From contig JAZRIQ010000044.1 of assembly GCA_045645405.1 (NCBI GenBank), forward strand, positions 12,152 to 76,151: a stretch of 64,000 nt of DNA. Direction: 5' to 3'. This DNA is from Eubacteriales bacterium (lineage in GTDB: Bacteria > Bacillota > Clostridia > Oscillospirales > CAG-272). Below the pieces are notes generated by a model. The model saw only the letters and a program-made list of their open reading frames with translations, had not been told where the DNA came from and ran no database searches. Each line of letters begins with the position of its first letter. Position 1 is the stretch's first letter. Positions 18,800 through 28,174 of the stretch are shown in pieces. The translations under genes were made by a program, and so were the position numbers.

Positions 18800-20119
18800 T
18801 TATTTCTCCCTCTTTAGACGCTCTTGCCGTTCATCAAATACTGATGTATCATAATTTGACACTATCATACTGTTACCGTTTTCGTCTGAAATCTTAATAG
18901 TTGAATAAATTTTATCCACTACATTCTTCATTTCCGTTTCGTTTTTACATACTAAATCAATTTCGCAAAAGCGTTGGCTTACATTGTGTGTTTCCTCAAT
19001 AATGTCGCCTATGCTATATCTATCAAATACAGCAACAACATTTTGCATTTCTCTTATTTTATCTAAGCCTTCAATTTTAGATATTTTGCCACCTCTTAAG
19101 GTTGGTAGCACCTGTCCTACTACTTGTCCTTTTAAATACACATCGTTTTTATCAAAGCTTTGTGCGTATTTTTCAACCTTTCCTGTAAGTGCGAACTCGA
19201 TAAGAGGATACATTGGATTCTTGTCCATAGCCACAGTGAACATTCTCTCATATTCACCACCAGGCAAGCGAAGTCCTGGGTCGTAGAATCTTACTGTGTC
19301 GCCATCCACAAAGCCTTGCATAAACACAGGAGCATTGACAAGTCCTATATCTATATATAGCTTCTCAACTTTTTCGTGAACATTCTTCATATAAAGGTCA
19401 GTAAATACAGATGGTGATGCTGAGCCTACTGCTAATTTATCTAGCTTGTCCTCGTATTTACCTAAAAATCTGTCAACTGTTCTAATTGGATAGGCTTTAC
19501 CGTTTATCATAAGTATTGTCATTGAGAAATCATTAGCCTGACCCATATACTTTTCAATAACAGCCTGTCCGTTTGAGCTAACCTCTTTTGCAAATTCGAT
19601 TGCAGAGGCTGTTTCCTCATAGGAATAGCAAATTGTTTGTCCACGAGAGCCGCGGCTTTCACCAGGCTTTACAAGTATTGGAAAACTAACATTTCTTTCG
19701 CATACATCCTTACTTGCAAAATCAGACTCTTTATATTCTGGAATAACATCTACGCCATTTTTTCGGCAGTATTGCTTAAATAGATTTTTGTCGGTGAGGA
19801 TATCAAATTGCTCCCTTGTACCAAAGCAAGGAACGCCTAAGCTTTCGCAAATTTGCTGATATGGCTTTTGACAAGCATCTAAGGATGTGGAAATTACGCC
19901 ATCAATTCCCTCCTCCTTGCACATTTCTACAATTTCGCTTATATCGGTTATATTGTGCATAAAATACTTGTCTGCTATTTGCTTTGCAGGTGCCTTTTCA
20001 CGAGGCAAATAATCTGTTACATAGGTTATAACGCCTAAATTTTTGGCTGCCTCAACAAGCTTACAATGCTGAAACGCACCACCTATAACTAAAAGCTTTT
20101 TTCCTTTTAAAGTTCCCAT
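18800..20119 (-). CDS. ATP-grasp domain protein
   Basis: 439 aa. Rossmann-like N-terminus KKLLVIGGAFQHCKLVEAAK. ATP-grasp core with FPILVKPGESRGSRG. Confidence 0.65.
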   Translation of the reverse strand: MGTLKGKKLLVIGGAFQHCKLVEAAKNLGVITYVTDYLPREKAPAKQIADKYFMHNITDISEIVEMCKEEGIDGVISTSLDACQKPYQQICESLGVPCFGTREQFDILTDKNLFKQYCRKNGVDVIPEYKESDFASKDVCERNVSFPILVKPGESRGSRGQTICYSYEETASAIEFAKEVSSNGQAVIEKYMGQANDFSMTILMINGKAYPIRTVDRFLGKYEDKLDKLAVGSASPSVFTDLYMKNVHEKVEKLYIDIGLVNAPVFMQGFVDGDTVRFYDPGLRLPGGEYERMFTVAMDKNPMYPLIEFALTGKVEKYAQSFDKNDVYLKGQVVGQVLPTLRGGKISKIEGLDKIREMQNVVAVFDRYSIGDIIEETHNVSQRFCEIDLVCKNETEMKNVVDKIYSTIKISDENGNSMIVSNYDTSVFDERQERLKREK

Positions 20120-20129
20120 AAAAACATCC

Positions 20130-21134
20130 TCATACTACTGTTATTGATAATTCCTTGTAAGCCAATATTCCTATTTTTGCTTCAAGTACATTATTTTCTA
20201 TTTTTTCGTTTTTGTGCCAAGCCACAAGGGCTTTTGGTAAATTACAGCCACCCATATGACTAAATGGATATCCACCACCAAAGCGAGCGTTCATTTCAAG
20301 AATGTATGGCTTACCATCTACCAAGAATATATCTGTGTCCATATTGCCTATATGCTTTGTTAACTTGCCTAAACGAGTTACTTCATCTAAAATCTTTGGC
20401 TCATTTACTATTTCGGCAATATCCGTTTCTCCTGCTCGCATAGCAATTTTCTTTTTAACTATTGCGTTTTGAAATTCACCCTTTAAGTCACTTATTATAT
20501 CCGCACCATATTCTTGTCCCTTAAGACACTCCTGATAAATAATTTTATCCTCAACGGATGCAGACTCATATTTCAAATATGATTTATTTATTGTTCTTGT
20601 ATTTCTTCTAAAATAGTAAAGCAGTGCCATTTCATCCTCGGCTATTGAAAGGGCTATTGAGCCACATCCAAAACGGGGCTTTACAACTACAGGATAGCTT
20701 ATTTCTCCCCTGTCAAGAGCATTTATTGTATCCTCTAAGGTCAGATAGGTTTTTGGCACGTTAAATCCGTTATCCCTTAAAAACTCATAGGTTTTCCACT
20801 TATCGTTGCAAATCTCGATAATCTCCTTATCAGATACTATTACGCTCGTGCCTATTTCCTTAAATCTTTCCTTGTTTTTTGCAAGGACTAAAAGGTCAAT
20901 ATCGAAAAGAGATAAGAGCATATCTATTTTGTTTTCCTTGCAATAATTCAAAAGGAACGGTATATAATTTTCGTCATAAATAAGAGGTGAAATTACGCTT
21001 TTGTCAGCGTAATGAAACGCCACGGTTTTATCGTCAGAGTTGCAAACGTGAACCTGTCCGCCCTCTCCTACTGCTTCCTTAAAATACTTAACCATATAGG
21101 CTCTTCTGCCTACTGATGTTAGAAGAACATTCAT
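20130..21134 (-). CDS. ATP-grasp domain protein (CPSase-like pre-ATP-grasp N-terminus)
   Basis: 334 aa. Contains MNVLLTSVGRRAYMVKYFKEA, YPVVVKPRFGCGS and LEMNARFGGGYP. Confidence 0.7.
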   Translation of the reverse strand: MNVLLTSVGRRAYMVKYFKEAVGEGGQVHVCNSDDKTVAFHYADKSVISPLIYDENYIPFLLNYCKENKIDMLLSLFDIDLLVLAKNKERFKEIGTSVIVSDKEIIEICNDKWKTYEFLRDNGFNVPKTYLTLEDTINALDRGEISYPVVVKPRFGCGSIALSIAEDEMALLYYFRRNTRTINKSYLKYESASVEDKIIYQECLKGQEYGADIISDLKGEFQNAIVKKKIAMRAGETDIAEIVNEPKILDEVTRLGKLTKHIGNMDTDIFLVDGKPYILEMNARFGGGYPFSHMGGCNLPKALVAWHKNEKIENNVLEAKIGILAYKELSITVV

Positions 21135-21135
21135 T

Positions 21136-21573
21136 TTATTTTTCCTTTATGTAATATATAAGATGCAAATCATCAGGTCTTGGCTCATTTTCCATCACAT
21201 ATTCTTTAAATCCAAGCTTTTTGTATAAATTAACTGCTGATATGTTTGTTGCCACAGTATATAGATGAACTGCGTCTATACTTTTCTTTATGCAAATTTC
21301 TATAAATTCCTTAACTAATGCTTTAGAATAGCCCTTACATCTTGAACCTTCTAAGGTGGCTACAACCGATATATATGCTATATTATCGGCTAAATTTTCA
21401 GTGTAGCCTGCCACCATAGATACAATCTCGCCATTTTCCTCTTTTGTGCAAAGAGTCGCCTTTTCACTTAGCTTAATTGCAAATTCACTTAAATTTTGCT
21501 TCTTTGAAAGTGGAATAGGAAAGGATTTATCTACCTTAGTTAAAAAGTCTTCTATTTTCTCTACTTGTATCAT
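21136..21573 (-). CDS. GNAT-family N-acetyltransferase
   Basis: 145 aa. The acetyl-CoA binding region is RCKGYSKALVKEF, with YKKLGF at the C-terminus. Confidence 0.75.
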   Translation of the reverse strand: MIQVEKIEDFLTKVDKSFPIPLSKKQNLSEFAIKLSEKATLCTKEENGEIVSMVAGYTENLADNIAYISVVATLEGSRCKGYSKALVKEFIEICIKKSIDAVHLYTVATNISAVNLYKKLGFKEYVMENEPRPDDLHLIYYIKEK

Positions 21574-22599
21574 TTATTTTTCTATTTTGTTTTTTCTTAT
21601 TTTCTTTCTTTTCAATTTTCTTACAATTCCCTTAAAGCCCTTGTACTTAATAGCCAAAAGAATCGTTTCTATTCTTCTGAAAAATTTAAGAACGGGATAG
21701 CCTCTGCCAAGACTCTTATCCTCATATCTTCTGTAATTCTGGTCAGGTATTACATACTTTGGATGCTTTAGAGGAAATTCAAGCTCGTAGGTTTTCATAT
21801 TGAATAGCCTTTTTGTGGCTCTTGGCAACAAGTTATATTCGTCTGCGTGAGCAGAATCGGGCGTACAGCCTATATTGCACATCATATTGTATTTAGGCAC
21901 AATGTAAAGCTGATTTTGAGAATAAACCGCCATTCGGTTATAAAATTCTCCACCTGCTGTGTGATTATTGTAAAAAGGATTATTTGCATATCCCTCTATT
22001 GTTTCGTACATATATTTTACGTGCTTGGTTCTTTCCTTAAGTAGACTCATTACGTAAGGATCCTTGCCGTAGCTGTGGCTCGGATCACGTGCCTCGTGTG
22101 AGCGTTTCCAGCTTGCAAGCGCCCAAATTGCGCCTCTTTCACAGAAAAAGTAATCCGAGGTACATTCCTTCCATTCTCCTGCGTGGTTCATAGAGGCAAT
22201 AGCCACAATTCTTGTGTCGTCCTTGTATTTTTCAAGAAGCTCTGCGCAAAATCTGAAATAGCTTACGGAAACAAGGTGGTCGTCCTCTAAAAATATACAT
22301 CTGTCAACCTTGGACCATATAAGCTCGCTTCCCTTTCTTGACATTGTATAAAGACCTCTGTTTTCGTCCTCATACAGCTTATAAACGGTACAGTCCCAAT
22401 CTATTTCATTGTCAAAAAGCGCCCTGTTTTGTTTAATAGCATCCCATTCTCTTTCGTTTCTTCCCCCGTCGGAGATTAAAAACATTATGGAAGGGCGGGC
22501 CTCTTTTAATATTTCGAATTGCTTTCTTTGGCTTTCGGGACGTATCCATATATTTACTCTTACAGGCACATCAACCAAATAGGGCTTTAATTCACTCAT
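21574..22599 (-). CDS. Putative GT-A-fold glycosyltransferase-like protein
   Basis: 341 aa. Weak resemblance to GNT-I/HlpA-like proteins found in CPS loci (LISDGGRNE, FLEDDH acidic motif). The call rests mainly on context. Confidence 0.3.
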   Translation of the reverse strand: MSELKPYLVDVPVRVNIWIRPESQRKQFEILKEARPSIMFLISDGGRNEREWDAIKQNRALFDNEIDWDCTVYKLYEDENRGLYTMSRKGSELIWSKVDRCIFLEDDHLVSVSYFRFCAELLEKYKDDTRIVAIASMNHAGEWKECTSDYFFCERGAIWALASWKRSHEARDPSHSYGKDPYVMSLLKERTKHVKYMYETIEGYANNPFYNNHTAGGEFYNRMAVYSQNQLYIVPKYNMMCNIGCTPDSAHADEYNLLPRATKRLFNMKTYELEFPLKHPKYVIPDQNYRRYEDKSLGRGYPVLKFFRRIETILLAIKYKGFKGIVRKLKRKKIRKNKIEK

Positions 22600-22614
22600 T
22601 TTATGTCCTTTCGT

Positions 22615-24120
22615 TTATTTGCGCTTTAATTTAGCAAATAACATTTTTTTCTCGTCTTTAGTTATGTATGTGAAAAATACGCTTATTGCAAACACAATAC
22701 ATATAAGTAGCGCCTTAATAGCAAGACCAAGCCAACCTTGTATCGAAACATAATATGCTATAATCAAGCCTAACGCCAGCGTAATGACAAAATACGGTAT
22801 AGCTGTTAAGTACGCCTTTTTATAAAATGTAAATACATTTATTCCGGCCTTGCGCTTATAGATGAAATTCATGTAAACAATATTAGCAAGAGATGTTACT
22901 GCTGTTCCGATACATACTCCCAATGCGCCTATATACAATGATAAAACGTAAGACAAAGCAAGACCGAGAGTTCCCGTTATTGTCATACAAATCGCCTGAT
23001 AGTTTATAAGCTTCTTTGCAATTACGGCAGTTTTAGCTATTTGTTGAGTACAAGATATAAGCGTAGGGAACAAAATAATCATAGTGCAATAATAAGTTTT
23101 TGTATAGTCCGGTCCCATCCATAAGGTCATAAACTCCTTACCGACGCAAACAAAGCCTATAAACACCAAGCCTAAAATCACCATTTGGTACCTGCCTACG
23201 TTTATCATCAGCTTTAATATGTTTTCTTCCTTTTTGTCTGCTATATATTTTGAAACTCTCGGTAAAAACATACCGTTTATAGCTGTAGCAAGCGTGTAAA
23301 AATACGCTTCAAGGGTTACCGCAGGAGCATATAATGCAATCTCCACGCTACTTGATGTCATACCTAAAACAGACGGCGCAAAGCTGTGGGTAAAGCGTTG
23401 CATTATACTAATAATCGTAGTCCACAAAGTAAAGGCAAACAAGGTTTTATATAAATCCTTACCGCCCGCTTTAAAGTTTATCCTTATTGGTACTTGTGTT
23501 TTTACGATAATCAGCTTTATCAAAAGAACCAAAAGTCCGCTTGCTATATTTGCAAACACCACAGACACAACGTTTGCGGAAAAGCTGAGAGCTAAAACGA
23601 CGAACAATACCGTTGAAAATTTAGATACTAAATCACATATTTTTAACTGTATAAATTTCTCGTGAGAGTTTAAAATTCCGTTTAAGGGCGCAAATGGGAA
23701 GGATACAAGATGAAATCCTGCAACCATTACGTACAAAACTCTAAACTGCTCTATTTCCGCAGGTGTCAGCTTTGTATAAATAGAGCCGAGGAAAAAGAAC
23801 AATACGGCAAATATCACGACCACAACAGCGTCTATGGCTATATATAGCTTGAAAATTATACCAAGTATATTATTTATGCCCTCTTGATTTTTCTCTGCGC
23901 GGTACTTCGATACGAAGCGTGATACCGCAGAGCCCAAACCAAAGTCAAGCATAAAGATATTTATAAGAGATGTAGCAAGAGTATATAAGCCGTAATTTTC
24001 CTTACCTATACTGCTAACCATCCAAGGAGTGTAAATAAGCCCCATAACGATGCTTACAGCCATCGCTACGTATGATATTACAGCTCCTATCTTGATTTGA
24101 TTTAATTTAATTTTCTTCAT
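22615..24120 (-). CDS. wzx: Wzx-type oligosaccharide flippase (MOP superfamily)
   Basis: 501 aa with about 12-14 TM segments. It has the polysaccharide-biosynthesis-protein N-terminal pattern. It sits next to the Wzy-like gene. Confidence 0.7.
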   Translation of the reverse strand: MKKIKLNQIKIGAVISYVAMAVSIVMGLIYTPWMVSSIGKENYGLYTLATSLINIFMLDFGLGSAVSRFVSKYRAEKNQEGINNILGIIFKLYIAIDAVVVVIFAVLFFFLGSIYTKLTPAEIEQFRVLYVMVAGFHLVSFPFAPLNGILNSHEKFIQLKICDLVSKFSTVLFVVLALSFSANVVSVVFANIASGLLVLLIKLIIVKTQVPIRINFKAGGKDLYKTLFAFTLWTTIISIMQRFTHSFAPSVLGMTSSSVEIALYAPAVTLEAYFYTLATAINGMFLPRVSKYIADKKEENILKLMINVGRYQMVILGLVFIGFVCVGKEFMTLWMGPDYTKTYYCTMIILFPTLISCTQQIAKTAVIAKKLINYQAICMTITGTLGLALSYVLSLYIGALGVCIGTAVTSLANIVYMNFIYKRKAGINVFTFYKKAYLTAIPYFVITLALGLIIAYYVSIQGWLGLAIKALLICIVFAISVFFTYITKDEKKMLFAKLKRK

Positions 24121-24196
24121 TTCCCATTCCTATTGCATTTATTTGCAACTGTTTTCGTAATTAAGAGACGTTTAAATCGGCTTTCTCGTGTATCTG

Positions 24197-25420
24197 CTAA
24201 GCAACCAACGCTTCTTCCTCGTTTTCCTCTTTCTCTTCATAGAAGCCAAAGGAAAAGAGCAAGCACACCGGCAAATATATTCCTGCCGCGCCTACAATAA
24301 AGCCCGCCTCTCCCAAGCCTATGAACCATACTCCAAAGAAGCAGAGCATGCCTATATTAAGCTTGTCTTTACTGTAATTTGAAGCATGCGTCAGCATTCT
24401 CATCAGATAAATAATAACTAAAGCATATACGATAACGCCGTAGGATGCCAGCAAGTCAAGAGCAACGTTATGAAGCTGGAAGTCGCCGTCACCGTTACTT
24501 GCTCCATAATAGTCACCGGTTATAAGGTGATTTCCTTTAAGTGTATTAAAAGCCTTTTGCCAAATAACAACTCGGGAGTCAAGCTCCTTACCCTCAGATA
24601 CAAGGAACTCAAGGTTGTCAGCAAATGGCGTATCAATAACCGAATAATATACTCCTACGAAAATAAGAGGCGCAAGCAGTACAATCAGTAAAACCAATGC
24701 GCTGAATTTTTTGTTTCTTTTAAATTTATAAATTAACCACATTACTAAAAACAAAAACAATGAAAAGAGAGAGTTTCTACTTTCAGTAATTGTAATCATA
24801 TAAACAAGTAGTCCGATAAAGACGATAGACGTTAACCTAAAGAATTTATTTTTCATCTTGCCCATTGCAAAAAATACAAAATAAATTACAGTTGTCAGCC
24901 ACATTCCCGTAAGGTTAGGATTACTGAAGCCCATTGTTATAGCAGTAGAAAATCTATCTCCGTTTGTTTTTCTGTTTCCTCCCATAAAGAAGAAGAAAAT
25001 TATAAAGAACACAGCCAACGTATAAAATATAACGATTACCGCCTTCATCGTCGACTTGTTTATTTTTTGCTCGGAAGCAATAAATATAAGCAAGAAAATC
25101 GTACAGAAAATGATAAATTTCTTCAAATAGTTAAAGCCCATTCCGCCATGGGTTACTATTGATACCGATGTAAATGCTATAGCGACTATCAAGACGAATA
25201 AAATCAGGTTGGCAAAGCCTCTTCTGTAAATTCTTTTAGTCAAAATATGTATAAAAAAGTGAGATGCAACAAGGATAAATGATGCATAGAAAAGTCTACT
25301 CGTATAGGTTCCCTTATCAAGAACAGTAAATACGGGAGCCAAGGCTCCGCAAAGAGCCTCTAAAAGATAAAATATATTTATTTTTTCGTCATTGTCTTTT
25401 GCTGATATGGTAAAGTTCAT
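24197..25420 (-). CDS. O-antigen ligase/polymerase-like membrane protein (Wzy-like)
   Basis: 407 aa polytopic protein. It has a larger loop (TESRNSLFS, HLITGDYYGASNGDGDFQLHNVALD) typical of the O-antigen polymerase/ligase family. Confidence 0.6.
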   Translation of the reverse strand: MNFTISAKDNDEKINIFYLLEALCGALAPVFTVLDKGTYTSRLFYASFILVASHFFIHILTKRIYRRGFANLILFVLIVAIAFTSVSIVTHGGMGFNYLKKFIIFCTIFLLIFIASEQKINKSTMKAVIVIFYTLAVFFIIFFFFMGGNRKTNGDRFSTAITMGFSNPNLTGMWLTTVIYFVFFAMGKMKNKFFRLTSIVFIGLLVYMITITESRNSLFSLFLFLVMWLIYKFKRNKKFSALVLLIVLLAPLIFVGVYYSVIDTPFADNLEFLVSEGKELDSRVVIWQKAFNTLKGNHLITGDYYGASNGDGDFQLHNVALDLLASYGVIVYALVIIYLMRMLTHASNYSKDKLNIGMLCFFGVWFIGLGEAGFIVGAAGIYLPVCLLFSFGFYEEKEENEEEALVA

Positions 25421-25421
25421 T

Positions 25422-26630
25422 TTATCCTAACATCTCCTTGTATGTATTTACGTAGCCCTCGGTCATTACCGCCTTGGCGTACGCTTTGTGCGCCGCTTGT
25501 GAAATTTCAGCCTTATTATGCTTAATATCCAAGCGATTTTTGGCAAGAGCGTAAAGAGCCTCAACGTCGCCAAACTCCGCAAAATCGCTATAATCCTTTA
25601 TGGCAATAGTTTCAGGTCCGCCTGCAAAAAATCCTACCACAGGCGTTCCGCAAGCCATACTCTCTGCCAAAATCATTGAGAAGGTTTCTTTTCTGCCCGT
25701 TATTACGGTTAAATCTGCCATAGAATAATATTTTGCAAGCTCAGTTTGATTAGACACTCTGCCAAGCAAAATCATATTGTCGGGAACCTTTATTCCCTCC
25801 GTATAATTTCCCGCAACGATAAATTTTACGTTCGGAAGCTTTTTTGCAAGCTCGATTACGTAATAACCGCCCTTTTGGTGCTTAATATCATCGCTGAAAA
25901 CAGGCGTTGCGTGAAACACTACCTTTTCGTCCTTTATCCCATGCTTTTCTCTTAAATCTTGAGTGTCGTAAATTTTGAATATTTCCGTATCAAGACCGTT
26001 CATTACCACAACGTGTCTCTTGTCCGATAAAATCGGAGATTGCACAGCGCGCCCCATAAGCCAAGGGGAAACCGAGGTAACTATTAAATTATCGTTAAAG
26101 GTGTCAAAGGCCTTTTTCATTTTTTTCCAGGACCTGCCCGTGCCGTCGATAAGGTAAGAGCCTGTTTCCTTTCTTAATCTTGGACACTTACCGCAGCCGC
26201 TTTTCCATTTTTCACACTCGTATGCGTGACCGCAATTAGCCGTATGCATAAATTCTGCGTGAAGCGTTAATACGGTTTTTATTCCGCTTTTTTTAAGGAA
26301 GGAAATCAGCCTATATATATTGACAAAATATCCGTTTATACAGTGCAAATGAACTATATCGGGCTTCTCCTTCTTTATTTTGGAAATAAGCTTGTTGGTC
26401 GAGAAGAAAAGACCTCCGTACATAAGACCTGTAAATCTGCTCAAAAGATTATTAAGCTTTGAATAAAGCTCAGAGCAGGTTTTATATACGTTTCTATCGG
26501 TGGTTTTTTCTCCTCTGCCGTATAAAATTACGCTGTCTATTCCATTTTCAAGTAAAACGTTGTGTACATCATACATAATTTTACCGGTGCTACCCTTGTT
26601 GTATACACAATTTACTTGCAAAATCTTCAT
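25422..26630 (-). CDS. GT4-family glycosyltransferase
   Basis: The ORF track starts at 26672. I prefer MKILQVN, which forms an ATGA overlap with the upstream stop. The C-terminal ESMACGTPVV resembles the E-x7-E region. Confidence 0.75.
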   Translation of the reverse strand: MKILQVNCVYNKGSTGKIMYDVHNVLLENGIDSVILYGRGEKTTDRNVYKTCSELYSKLNNLLSRFTGLMYGGLFFSTNKLISKIKKEKPDIVHLHCINGYFVNIYRLISFLKKSGIKTVLTLHAEFMHTANCGHAYECEKWKSGCGKCPRLRKETGSYLIDGTGRSWKKMKKAFDTFNDNLIVTSVSPWLMGRAVQSPILSDKRHVVVMNGLDTEIFKIYDTQDLREKHGIKDEKVVFHATPVFSDDIKHQKGGYYVIELAKKLPNVKFIVAGNYTEGIKVPDNMILLGRVSNQTELAKYYSMADLTVITGRKETFSMILAESMACGTPVVGFFAGGPETIAIKDYSDFAEFGDVEALYALAKNRLDIKHNKAEISQAAHKAYAKAVMTEGYVNTYKEMLG

Positions 26631-27904
26631 TTTTCTAAAATCTCCCTGATTACATCTCTTATCATTAAGCAATTCTTTTCACTGTCGTGATTTTTTCCTG
26701 CTAACGAAAGAGCATTATTTATTATTTCATTTCGCTTATCTGCGTTTTCAATAAGCTCAGTTAAACCTTTTTCAAGCTCACTTTCGCTTGTTACACAGTA
26801 AGCAGCGTTATTTTCGTTCAAATATTCAACGGATGCTATCTCGCCGGGTCCGTAAGCCAAAATAGGAGTTCCGCTTGCCAAGCTATCGGCAATCTTTGTA
26901 GAAACAGAATACGCAACACATTTTCTGGTTCTGTCATTAAAGGACTCCGTATGAATTACCGCCATACTCTGTCCCATAACTTTTAAAACCTCATCCGCAG
27001 ATATTTTGCCGTGGAAATTTATGCCGTTTTCTTTGTTTAAATCCTTTAAAATTTCCTCGCGGCTCTCTGCAGAATATACGTCTATATACTGTGGCTTTTT
27101 ATCGCTCACAACGTTTAAAAGCGCGCGCCCTATGCTCACTATTTGCTCATTTCTCTTATATCCCAAATTGCCTATATAGGAAATTGCATTCGTTTTTTCC
27201 TCGCAAAGCGGCTCTCTAATTGTTGATGGAGTAGGAAGCGTATGGCACGGCTTGTTAAATAGCTTACCGTAGTCCTTGCTCATTTTTTCACAAATAGGAA
27301 AAATGCATGAGGCGTAATTCATGGTTTTTCTTACGTGACGCATAAAGCCTCGATGCACTGCTTTTCCAAAAAGCTTCTTCTCATTCTTATTATAGAAATA
27401 GTAATCATCCATACAGGATATAACAAGAGGAATGTTCTTGTATTTTGCAAGCTTCAATGCAATATCGTAAATAAAGGAGTAATCACCGGACGCTAAAAAT
27501 ATGACGTCGGGATTAAATTCATCAATCCATGAAAGAAGCTTCTTTGTTTTCCATTTTCCAAGCCTCCACCACATATTTCTGGCAAAATATATGAAAGGCG
27601 TTCTTTTTCTTGCCTTTTGATAAAGCTCCGCCGTCTTTCCCGTATCCGTGCGAGATTCAGTTGCGTTTTCTTTTATGTCTTTCTCCTTGAGAACTGTGCC
27701 GCTCTTTCGCGAGAAAACGGACTTTATCATTTCCTTATCGGTTATTCTGTAATAATTTTTGCAAATCGTATCGGTAGGAATTTCAATATGTACGTAAAGC
27801 TGAGCCAAATCCTCACTGTCCCAATCCTTAAAATAGGACATCAGCGTTTTTCCCATGCTTGATGTTTTGCAAAAAACATTATGGCTTATAACAAGTAATT
27901 TCAT
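26627..27904 (-). CDS. Glycosyltransferase (GT-B/GT4-like)
   Basis: 425 aa. N-terminus MKLLVISHNVF, and the C-terminal half contains DSLASGTPILAYGP. Confidence 0.55.
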   Translation of the reverse strand: MKLLVISHNVFCKTSSMGKTLMSYFKDWDSEDLAQLYVHIEIPTDTICKNYYRITDKEMIKSVFSRKSGTVLKEKDIKENATESRTDTGKTAELYQKARKRTPFIYFARNMWWRLGKWKTKKLLSWIDEFNPDVIFLASGDYSFIYDIALKLAKYKNIPLVISCMDDYYFYNKNEKKLFGKAVHRGFMRHVRKTMNYASCIFPICEKMSKDYGKLFNKPCHTLPTPSTIREPLCEEKTNAISYIGNLGYKRNEQIVSIGRALLNVVSDKKPQYIDVYSAESREEILKDLNKENGINFHGKISADEVLKVMGQSMAVIHTESFNDRTRKCVAYSVSTKIADSLASGTPILAYGPGEIASVEYLNENNAAYCVTSESELEKGLTELIENADKRNEIINNALSLAGKNHDSEKNCLMIRDVIREILEK

Positions 27905-27910
27905 TTTCCT

Positions 27911-28159
27911 CTATTCATCCAAGTAATACGCTTTGAACATGTGATGAGAAACTCTTTTTTCCTCCGGTGGAAGCTCCATATAATTTCTGTATATGTGAGA
28001 TAAATACTTATCGTATTCCTTAAGTCCTTTGAAAACAGAATCCTCAAATTTAACGTCAACGTACTCCTCGTATATAGACCTTTCCATTATTTCCTTTTCA
28101 CGATATGAACCACAAAGCGTGCCTACATAACGACTTTCGTCGCATCTCTTAATCTTAAA
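27911..28159 (-). pseudogene. LicD C-terminal remnant (5'-truncated)
   Basis: 82 stop-free codons with a TAA immediately upstream. My translation is FKIKRCDESRYVGTLCGSYREKEIMERSIYEEYVDVKFEDSVFKGLKEYDKYLSHIYRNYMELPPEEKRVSHHMFKAYYLDE. This aligns with the C-terminus of the LicD at 29353-30177 (...NIYGNYMELPPENKRVSHHSFEAYFKED). Confidence 0.8.
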
Positions 28160-28174
28160 TTATTCTGCGATTTT

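Noticed and set aside
24176-24199. Heptamer-like string ATCTGCTAAGCAACCAACGC at the Wzy gene 3' end
   Set aside because: It has only two or three loosely matching units, lies largely inside coding sequence and has no partner arm. It is probably chance similarity.
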